Assembly: GCF_018977255.1 (NCBI RefSeq)
Contig: NW_024704742.1
Coordinates: 23,438,001-23,502,000, forward strand
Source: Callorhinchus milii
Taxonomy: Eukaryota
Direction of reading: 5' to 3'
DNA length: 64,000 bases
Shown here: positions 1-10,255 of the stretch, in pieces
How positions within the stretch are numbered: position 1 is the first letter of the stretch
Layout: every line of letters starts with the position of its first letter
Notes under the pieces: generated by a model
The model's database searches: none
Told to the model about the DNA's origin: nothing
Seen by the model: only the letters and a program-made list of their open reading frames with translations
Translations under genes and position numbers: made by a program

Positions 1-2430
1 ATTTGTTTTAACATGTTATTTTCACAAAAATGAACTTTTCATTTTTATTCAAAAACAAACATATTCAAAAACAAAAACACCATTCTTTTAGTAAAAGTAA
101 CTTTTCAAAAATACAATAGGGCATTATAATTAAACATTTGGAGTTTGAAATCTATAAGTGTGAGTAAATTACAAATATTGCGAATCTAGCAGAAAATTAA
201 AATGCACATTGATTTTAAAAAAATTGTGATGCAAGCCTATTCAATATCGATATTTCACAGGTGAACTTTACCTACAGAAACTGGAAAAAAATAAGTACAG
301 TATGCTATACATTTGGGAAATGATTTAACATGTTTTAGACTTGATGTGGTGCCTGCAGTGAAGGAATTTAGAGCTGCTCTGAATCACTTTCCTCAGTCTG
401 GATTCAAGAAAAACAGAGTGCCGCTAACAGGCACCAAATGCAGGTTACTAGTTATTAAAAAGAAACGCAACCAAATCTCGAACATTTAAAAATTTAAAGT
501 TTCAACTTTAATAATTGGTTTTGCAATAGCAGCAGTTAGATTAGAATTATGAGCATCAATTCAATTCTTAAACCACCTTCTTGAGCAACACTTAAAATCA
601 GATCCATGTCAGTTACATTATACTTTTACTGTTGTTTCAAGATGGGAATTGCTTCAAAAACTGAAGCAAATGAATGTGTATTGCAACATTAAAGTAATAC
701 TGCTATGTACTTATAATCCCTGCAATTACTCAAACCCACAAAGACCCATAGACAAATATGCTATATATAAGGTTAAACTAATAAAGTAACTATGTTGTAT
801 CTATCAAAGAATCAGTGATTCTTGAGTTGACCTCGATAAACTGGGTTTTTAATATCCAAACAAAGCTACCTGGCAGTCCATAGCTTTGCTTCCTCAGACT
901 GGTCATTAAAAATCAAGGGAACAAAATGCAAGTAAGAGAAATCAGCACATCACTGTAAAGACCTATTACACTTTACTCTGCCAGAACAGAATTTGCCCTG
1001 CATTTATACAAATGCTGGAAGGCTGGAGCATTTCTAGTTGTGTTGAGATCATTTTCATTGATTTGAACTGCAAACCATAGTATGAGAAAAAGGGATGTTT
1101 CATTTTTAATTAGTAGCTGAGTGCACAATTTATGACAAACAGTTCTCACAATTCCCTTCATTATTGGTTACAAAATAGGCCAATGGTATGTAATACCCTT
1201 GGGTTACTGAGTGGGAACCTGCCAATAAAATATATAAATAGTTTGCACCTATTATAAGTAAAAAGAATAGCAACAATAGAGTCTCATCGCTTTGAACAAA
1301 GGAATGTTTGTGCGGGGGTCTTGCATATGTTAGCTTTATTTTACCCCCCTCGGGGTTGGTGTGCCTTCCCTCAGACCTTACAGATAAAGATGCTGTTGCT
1401 CCCTGCTGCAACACCCACAGTAAACACAGAGAGAGCTAAACAAACATGTTGTAGAGCAGCAAAAAGAAAAAAAGGCCAGCCTCCCATAATGTATTTATTG
1501 TCAGGAGCAGACCTCCTCCTCTCCTCCTCTCCTCCCTGGGCTCATTAGTTGAAGTATGATGAGAGGTGGTAAAGGAGTGAATGTAGTTCAATTCATTGAG
1601 GGCTTTCAAGTGGCTCTCAAGATGGAGAGCCCCTTTCTGTTCCTGTCTCCCTCACTCATTCACTCGTTGCGGATTCCTTTAAGAGCCCAGGCTGCCACTT
1701 TCTATTTAATGCACCTTCAAGGAAGTGCTGATGGGACTCAAAAACAACCCCAACACGGTGCTGGAGGGTGGCAAGGCTCTTCAATTACAGCTTCTGATAC
1801 GGTGGCCTTTAATTATTCATGCACAAGGAGAAGACTCGCTGCTTTCTTTCACGGGATTGTGCGCCGAGGACGTTTCGGGCAAAATACGGTGGCAGTTCGA
1901 AAGCTCCGCTTCAAACCGCGTTGAATGTATATTTTCGGTGGTATTCATTTAGATTTAGCTTTTTTTCTTAGTTTTTTTTATTTTTTATATGTATACATAA
2001 AAAAAACAGTAAATAAATGCGGTCGTAGTGCAATGCGAGAAGTGAGAGCATAATGTGCTGTGAAGCCCTGGAAATCCGGTGGTTGAAGTGTTTGTGACTG
2101 AATTAATTGACGTCTCCCACAAAAGGGCGAGAAGAGCCGTTGGTATTTGGGTCACATTTATAATATATATTATTATTATTGGGTCACATTTACTCACTCC
2201 GCGCGATGGGGGTTGTTCTGCTGAGGAGATGACATTGCTCTTTCGTCGAGAATTCGGCGCTTAAAATAACTCTTTTTTTTCTAAAAAAAAGTCGCGATTT
2301 CGTGCCTTCGAATTCTATTTCTTCCTCCAAAAAAAATACACCTCTGGTCTCGGGGAACAACGCCGTATCGAAGTGCGCGTTAGTACCGGGAGGTTCGCTC
2401 TGTACCGGTTTGATGGGGGTCTGAACTGGA

Positions 2431-3200
2431 CCCCCCACCTCACCTCCAGCCTCACCCCCCACCTCACCCCCTCACCTCCAGCCTCACCCCCTCACCCCCA
2501 GCCTCACCCCCACCTCACCTCCAGCCTCACCCCCTCACCTCCAGCCTCACCCCCTCACCCCAGCCTCACCCCCACCTCACCTCCAGCCTCACCCCCTCAC
2601 CTCCAGCCTCACCCCCTCACCTCCAGCCTCACCCCCTCACCTCCAGCCTCACCCCCTCACCTCCAGCCTCACCCCCTCACCTCCAGCCTCACCCCCTCAC
2701 CTCCAGCCTCACCTCCAGCCTCACCCCCTCACCTCACCTCCAGCCTCACCCCCACCTCCAGCCTCACCCCTCACCTCCAGCCTCACCTCCAGCCTCACCC
2801 CCTCACCTCACCTCCAGCCTCACCCCCTCACCTCCAGCCTCACCTCCAGCCTCACCCCTCACCTCCAGCCTCACCTCCAGCCTCACCCCCTCACCTCACC
2901 TCCAGCCTCACCCCCACCTCCAGCCTCACCCCCTCACTCCAGCCTCACCTCCAGCCTCACCCCCTCACCTCACCTCCAGCCTCACCCCCTCACCTCCAGC
3001 CTCACCTCCAGCCTCACCCCCTCACCCCCAGCCTCACCCCTCACCTCCAGCCTCACCTCCAGCCTCACCCCCTCACCCCCAGCCTCAACTCCAGCCTCAC
3101 CCCTCACCTCCAGCCTCACCCCCTCACCTCCAGCCTCACCCCCTCACCTCCAGCCTCACCCCTCACCTCCAGCCTCACCCCCTCACCTCCAGCCTCACCT
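2431..3200. repeat. C-rich minisatellite, variants of CTCCAGCCTCACCCCCTCAC (~20 bp)
   Basis: Directly visible tandem units. Confidence 0.95.
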
Positions 3201-3423
3201 TCGGCCTCGACAGAAGTCGAGATTCAAGGCGTGATTTGTTTGCATTTGATTTTAAAGAAAAGGAAACCGTAAGTAGTATTCAAAACACGAAATGGAGCGA
3301 ATTGTTATTTTTTTTTGTTTTTTTTTAAAAAAACTAAATAAAATAACTACTCGGAGTCTGATTCTGTGGTCGATGTGTACTGGGAGATGCTGCAAAATTG
3401 CGCGTTTGGAAAGCGCTCGAGAG

Positions 3424-4562
3424 CCGCACCCGCACACCCCGCACTCTCATCCCCCGCACCCTCACCTCCCGCACCCTCACCCCCCGCACCCTCACCCGCC
3501 GCACCCTCACCCCCCGCACCCTCACCCCCCGCACCCTCACCCGCCGCACCCTCACCCGCCGCACCCTCACCCCCCGCACCCTCACCCGCCGCACCCTCAC
3601 CCCCCGCACCCTCACCCCCCGCACCCTCACCCGCCGCACCCTCACCCCCCGCACCCTCACCCCCCGCACCCTCACCCGCCGCACCCTCACCCCCCGCACC
3701 CTCACCCGCCGCACCCTCACCCCCCGCACCCTCACCCCCGCACCCTCACCCGCCGCACCCTCACCCCCCGCACCCTCACCCCCCGCACCCTCACCCGCCG
3801 CACCCTCACCCCCGCACCCTCACCCCCCGCACCCTCACCCGCCGCACCCTCACCCCCGCACCCTCACCCCCCGCACCCTCACCCGCCGCACCCTCACCCC
3901 CCGCACCCTCACCCCCCGCACCCTCACCCCCGCACCCTCACCCGCCGCACCCTCACCCCCCGCACCCTCACCCCCGCACCCTCACCCGCCGCACCCTCAC
4001 CCCCCGCACCCTCACCCCCGCACCCTCACCCCCCGCACCCTCACCCGCCGCACCCTCACCCCCGCACCCTCACCCCCGCACCCTCACCCGCCGCACCCTC
4101 ACCACCCGCACCCTCACCCCCGCACCCTCACCATCCGCACCCTCACCACCCGCACCCTCACCCGCACACTCACCACCACCCTCACCACCCGCACACTCAC
4201 CACCCGCACCCTCACCCCCCGCACCCTCACCCCCCGCACCCTCACCCCCCGCACCCTCACCCCCGCACCCTCACCCCCGCACCCTCACCCCCCGCACCCT
4301 CACCCGCCGCACCCTCACCCCCCGCACCCTCACCCCCGCACCCTCACCCGCCGCACCCTCACCCCCCGCACCCTCACCCCCGCACCCTCACCCGCCGCAC
4401 CCTCACCACCCGCACCCTCACCCGCCGCACCCTCACCCGCACACTCACCACCACCCTCACCACCCGCACACTCACCACCCGCACACTCACCACCACCCTC
4501 ACCACCCGCACCCTCACCACCCGCACCCTCACCACCCGCACCCGCACCCTTACCCGCACCCT
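3424..4562. repeat. C-rich CpG-containing minisatellite, 14-15 bp unit CCGCACCCTCACCC(C/G)
   Basis: Directly visible. The 3' part drifts to CACCACCCGCAC variants. Confidence 0.95.
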
Positions 4563-4793
4563 CCGGCTCCGGCTCACAGGGACAACCAACAAGAGTAAAA
4601 GCGATTCGCTCAAAAAGACCCCCTCCCTCCCTCCCCCATCCCATCCCATCCCATCCCATCCCCGAGTCAGAACAACACGAAGGTTTAGTTTTAAAGCATA
4701 ACATCACAGTCAGTCACCTCCTCCTCTCCAGCAGTTGCAAAAGTGCATTCAGTGAAGGGCAGTGGAGTTTTAACTCGTGCACAAAGCGGGGGC

Positions 4794-5112
4794 AGCCCTA
4801 CCCCCCCCCCCCCCACAGCCCTACCCCCCCCACACAGCCCCCCAGCCTTACCCCCCACCCCCCACACACCCCCACACCCCCCACACCCCCCAGCCCTACC
4901 CCCCCCCACACACCCCCAGCCCTACCCCCCCCCACCCCACACACCCCCAGCCCTACCCCCCTCCCACACAGCCCCCCCCCCCCCCCCACACCCCCAGCCC
5001 AGGGAAACACCAAGCGCACGCCCCCCCTACCCCTGGTCGATAAGAGATCAGTCGCGGGGGAGGGGAGGGGGTGGGGGGGGAGCTGGGTGGGGGGGGATGA
5101 GGGGGGGGTGGG
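4794..5112. repeat. Low-complexity C-rich repeat (CAGCCCTACCCCCC) switching to G-runs after ~5055
   Basis: Directly visible. Confidence 0.85.
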
Positions 5113-5537
5113 GAGAAAAAAAAAACGGGCCGAGGCACTTCAACGCCTCTTGTTCCAGTTGCATCGGAAAATAACTTCGCTGAAATCCGTTTGAAAAATT
5201 GCGTCAATTGTTTTCATTTGTAAAATTTGGAGATTTCATTTGATTCCGTTTCATTTGGGAGATGCGGAGCGAGAGTGAGCGGAACTGGACCCCGAGCGCG
5301 GTCTCCCATTCGAATATGTGGCGAGAGAGAGAGAGAGAGAGAGAAAAAGATGAGTGGCATTAAATGGACAGTTAGTGGAAGCTGCTCGCAGGTATGTGGG
5401 ATTATTATTTTTTTTTTTTGGGGGGGGGGGTAGGTTTATACGAAATAAATCACCATTCAAAATCACATATCGAGACTTGGATGTAATGCAACAATTTATA
5501 TTCAGTAAAGATGCACTGCTGCAAAGAACACAGTACA

Positions 5538-5845
5538 CATTTACATTTCTATAGCACCTCTGGGGTCTGGAGCAGGTCCCGCAGCACCCGACAGTCCCGG
5601 CCTGGCATCCAAGCCGGAGGTGCGAGCCGAGGGGGTTTCAGGGGACGGGGAAGGAGACGGGGGTCATCAAAGAGGCAGGTCTTGAGACGGAGCTTGAATG
5701 AGATGAAGGGGGTGAGAGTTGGGGGACTCGGGGATAGAGCTCCAGAGAGTGGGGGTGGGAGGGGGGCAATAAACATAACCGTTGTGCGTGAGAAACGACG
5801 GTCGGCCACAAGGGTGAGAGAACAGATGTGGAGCGAGCCAGTGAG
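5538..5845 (-). mobile_element. Decayed L2-type LINE 3' end
   Basis: The minus strand encodes SFKLRLKTCLF, typical of the L2 ORF2 C-terminus, and has ctcactggctc (HWL) near 5840. The tail tatagaaatgtaa resembles the other L2 copies in this window. Confidence 0.6.
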
Positions 5846-8800
5846 TAAGTGAGTGAGTGAGTGAGAGAGAGAGAGAGAGAGAGTGATGGAGTGAATGAAT
5901 TAAGGAGTGACTGGATGAGTGTGAGAGAGAGTGAGTGGATGAAGGAGTGAGTGAGTGAGTAGATGAGACAATGAGAGAGTGAGTGAGGGAGTGACTGGGT
6001 GGGTGAGGGAGGGAGGGAGTGACTGGGTGGGTGGGTGGGTGAGGGAGTGATTGGGTGGGTGAGGGAGGGAGTGACTGGGAGAGTGACTGGGTGAGGGAGG
6101 GAGGGAGTGACTGGGTGGGTGGGTGAGGGAGTGACTGGGTGGGTGGGTGAGGGAGAGAGTGACTGGGTGGGTGGGTGGGTGAGGGAGAGAGTGACTGGGT
6201 GGGTGGGTGAGGGAGAGAGTGACTGGGTGGGTGGGTGGGTGGGTGAGGGAGAGAGTGACTGGGTGGGTGGGTGAGGGAGAGAGTGACTGGGTGGGTGGGT
6301 GAGGGAGTGACTGGGTGGGCGGGTGAGGGAGTGACTGGGTGGGTGGGTGAGGGAGTGACTGGGTGGGTGGGTGAGGGAGTGACTGGGTGGGTGAGGGAGG
6401 GAGTGACTGGGTGGGTGAGGGAGGGAGTGACTGGGTGGGTGAGGGAGGGAGTGACTGGGTGGGTGAGGGAGGGAGTGACTGGGTGGGTGGGTGAGGGAGT
6501 GACTGGGTGGGTGGGTGAGGGAGGGAGGGAGTGACTGGGTGGGTGGGTGAGGGAGTGACTGGGTGGGTGAGGGAGGGAGTGACTGGGTGGGTGGGTCAGG
6601 GAGGGAGTGACTGGGTGGGTGGGTGAGGGAGGGAGTGACTGGGTGGGTGGGTGAGGGAGGGAGGGAGTGACTGGGTGGGTGGGTGAGGGAGTGACTGGGT
6701 GGGTGAGGGAGTGACTGGGTGGGTGAGGGAGTGACTGGGTGGGTGGGTGAGGGAGTGACTGGGTGGGTGGGTGAGGGAGTGACTGGGTGGGTGGGTGAGG
6801 GAGTGACTGGGTGGGTGAGGGAGGGAGTGACTGGGTGGGCGGGTGAGGGAGTGACTGGGTGGGTGAGGGAGGGAGTGACTGGGTGGGTGAGGGAGGGAGT
6901 GACTGGGTGGGTGGGTGAGGGAGGGAGTGACTGGGTGGGCGGGTGAGGGAGTGACTGGGTGGGCGGGTGAGGGAGTGACTGGGTGAGTGGGTGGGTGAGG
7001 GAGGGAGTGACTGGGTGGGCGGGTGAGGGAGTGACTGGGTGAGTGAGGGAGGGAGTGACTGGGTGGGTGAGGGAGGGAGTGACTGGGTGGGTGGGTGGGT
7101 GAGGGAGTGACTGGGTGAGGGAGGGAGTGACTGGGTGAGTGACTGGTTGGGTGGGTGAGGGAGTGACTGGGTGGGCGGGTGAGGGGGGAGTGACTGGGTG
7201 GGCGGGTGAGGGGGGGAGTGACTGGGTGGGCGGGTGAGGGAGTGACTGGGTGGGTGGGGGAGTGACTGGGTGGGTGGGTGAGGGAGGGAGTGACTGGGTG
7301 AGTGGGTGGGTGAGGGAGGGAGTGACTGGGTGGGCGGGTGAGGGAGTGACTGGGTGGGTGGGGGAGTGACTGGGTGGGTGAGGGAGGGAGTGACTGGGTG
7401 GGCGGGTGAGGGAGGGAGTGACTGGGTGGGTGAGGGAGGGAGTGACTGGGTGGGCGGGTGAGGGAGTGACTGGGTGGGTGGGGGAGTGACTGGGTGGGTG
7501 AGGGAGGGAGTGACTGGGTGGGCGGGTGGGTGAGGGAGTGACTGGGTGACTGGGTGGGCGGGTGAGGGAGTGACTGGGTGAGTGGGTGGGTGAGGGAGGG
7601 AGTGACTGGGTGGGCGGGTGAGGGAGTGACTGGGTGGGTGAGGGAGGGAGTGACTGGGTGGGTGAGGGAGGGAGTGACTGGGTGGGTGAGGGAGGGAGTG
7701 ACTGGGTGGGCGGGTGAGGGAGTGACTGGGTGGGTGAGGGAGGGAGTGACTGGGTGGGTGGGTGAGGGAGTGACTGGGTGGGTGGGTGAGGGAGTGACTG
7801 GGTGGGTGAGGGAGGGAGTGACTGGCTGCGTGGGTGAGGGAGTGACTGGGTGGGTGGGTGAGGGAGTGACTGGGTGGGTGAGGGAGGGAGTGACTGGCTG
7901 GGTGGGTGAGGGAGTGACTGGGTGGGTGGGTGAGGGAGTGACTGGGTGGGTGGGTGAGGGAGGGAGTGACTGGGTGGGTGGGTGAGGGAGTGACTGGGTG
8001 GGTGGGCAGGTGAGGGAGTGACTGGGTGGGTGGGTGAGGGAGTGACTGGGTGGGTGGGTGAGGGAGTGACTGGGTGGGTGGGTGAGGGAGTGACTGGGTG
8101 GGTGGGTGAGGGAGTGACTGGGTGGGTGGGTGAGGGAGTGACTGGGTGGGTGGGTGAGGGAGTGACTGGGTGGGTGGGTGAGGGAGGGAGTGACTGGGTG
8201 GGTGAGGGAGTGACTGGGTGGGTGGGTGAGGGAGGGAGTGACTGGGTGGGTGGGTGGTTGAGGGAGTGACTGGGTGAGTGGGTGGGTGAGGGAGTGACTG
8301 GGTGGGTGGGTGAGGGAGTGACTGGGTGGGCGGGTGAGGGAGTGACTGGGTGGGTGGGTGAGGGAGGGAGTGACTGGGTGGGTGGGTGGCTGAGGGAGTG
8401 ACTGGGTGGGTGGGTGGGTGAGGGAGTGACTGGGTGGGCGGGTGAGGGAGTGACTGGGTGGGTGAGGGAGGGAGTGACTGGGTGGGTGGGTGAGGGAGTG
8501 ACTGGGTGGGTGGGTGAGGGAGTGACTGGGTGGGTGAGGGAGGGAGTGACTGGCTGGGTGGGTGAGGGAGTGACTGGGTGGGTGGGTGAGGGAGTGACTG
8601 GGTGGGTGAGGGAGGGAGTGACTGGCTGGGTGGGTGAGGGAGTGACTGGGTGGGTGGGTGAGGGAGTGACTGGGTGGGTGGGTGAGGGAGGGAGTGACTG
8701 GGTGGGTGGGTGAGGGAGTGACTGGGTGGGTGGGCAGGTGAGGGAGTGACTGGGTGGGTGGGTGAGGGAGTGACTGGGTGGGTGGGTGAGGGAGTGACTG

Positions 8801-9516
8801 GGTGGGTGGGTGAGGGAGTGACTGGGTGGGTGGGTGAGGGAGTGACTGGGTGGGTGGGTGAGGGAGTGACTGGGTGGGTGGGTGAGGGAGTGACTGGGTG
8901 GGTGGGTGAGGGAGGGAGTGACTGGGTGGGTGAGGGAGTGACTGGGTGGGTGGGTGAGGGAGGGAGTGACTGGGTGGGTGGGTGGTTGAGGGAGTGACTG
9001 GGTGAGTGGGTGGGTGAGGGAGTGACTGGGTGGGTGGGTGAGGGAGTGACTGGGTGGGTGGGTGAGGGAGTGACTGGGTGGGTGGGTGAGGGAGGGAGTG
9101 ACTGGGTGGGTGGGTGGGTGAGGGAGTGACTGGGTGGGTGGGTGGGTGAGGGAGTGACTGGGTGGGTGGGTGAGGGAGTGACTGGGTGGGTAGGTGGGTG
9201 AGGGAGTGACTGGGTGGGTGGGTGGGTGAGGGAGGGAGTGACTGGGTGGGTGGGTGGGTGAGGGAGTGACTGGGTGGGTGGGTGGGTGAGGGAGTGAGTG
9301 GGTGGGTGAGGGAGGGAGTGACTGGGTGGGTGGGTGAGGGAGTGAGTGGGTGGGTGAGGGAGGGAGTGACTGGGTGGGTGGGTGAGGGAGTGAGTGGGTG
9401 GGTGAGAGAGGGAGTGACTGGGTGGGTGGGTGAGAGAGGGAGTGACTGGGTGGGTGGGTGAGAGAGGGAGTGACTGGGTGGGTGAGTGGGTGGGTGAGGG
9501 AGGGAGGGAGGGAGTG
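5842..9516. repeat. ~3.6 kb G-rich satellite: (GGGT)2-5 GAGGGA (GGGA)0-2 GTGACT, preceded by (GAGT)n/(GA)n
   Basis: Directly visible, with units of 20-32 bp built from 4-nt modules. Confidence 0.97.
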
Positions 9517-9574
9517 AGACAGGGGGCCGCCAGCCGGCGATGTGGCAGCTCAGCCTCTGCTGCTGTTTAACCCT

Positions 9575-9830
9575 CTGTGTCCAATCTGCGGCCCCGCCGG
9601 CGCTCATTGGTCCCCGGGCGGCAGCCTGCCCTGTGATTGGTCCCCGGGCGGCAACCTGCCTTGTGATTGGTCCTCGGCCGGCAGCCTGCCTTGTGATTGG
9701 TCCCCGGGCGGCAGCCTGCCCTGTGATTGGGCCGCCGCCGCCGCACGTCTGTGTGTGGGGGGGGGGGGGTGGTCCGGCCTCCCGGCGCCCAGAGCGCCTG
9801 CGCGGCTGGCAGGGGACCATTCATAAACTA
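9575..9830 (+). promoter_or_regulatory. Putative MAB21L2 proximal promoter
   Basis: CpG/GC-rich. It has CCAAT at 9581, five inverted CCAAT (ATTGG) at 9606, 9636, 9666, 9696 and 9726, GGGCGG/CCGCC boxes and a TATA-like CATAAA at 9822, about 430 nt before the ATG. The TSS cannot be fixed from sequence. Confidence 0.65.
9604..9730 (+). repeat. 30-bp tandem repeat, ~4.2 copies (TGATTGGTCCCCGGGCGGCAGCCTGCCCTG)
   Basis: Near-identical units are directly visible with a period of 30. Confidence 0.95.
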
Positions 9831-10255
9831 AACTCTTACACACTTCCTGAGCGTGGGCAAAAGTGGTCATAGCAATAAAAACACTGAGAATCACAGGCAG
9901 AGAGAGAGAGGGAGAGGGAGGGAGGGAGGGAGGGAGGGAGATGAAAGATAAGAGCCAACTTTGGTCATTTACATTTTACGTTTCAAAACAGCGACAAATG
10001 CCACTACTTTAAAAAAAAAAGGCATCTTATTTGAAGAATTGCTGGCAGCTAAGGAGGTCTCAGGTTGTCATTTCGATTTGCCTCCCTCTCCTTCCCTCTC
10101 TCCTCTCTCTCTCTCTCTCTCTCTGAACCATTTAGGTCCAATGCACACGTTTCAGGTCTCCATCTAAATAGTGGCTGCCCACTGAACACCCGTAAGCATT
10201 GGATCCGTCAACGTACAACGAGATTCCGGTGTACAGCCCGGACCACTGTCCCAAC

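Noticed and set aside
2373..5207. Overlapping 300-600 aa Pro/His-rich ORFs (extensin- or HRG-like look)
   Set aside because: They are open in several frames at once and are translations of C-rich minisatellites.
6596..9820. 1074-aa minus-strand ORF rich in Pro/His/Thr/Ser, with a real ATG at 9820
   Set aside because: It runs through the C-rich strand of the satellite, which almost lacks stop codons by composition. It has no domain and frame-switching periodicity.
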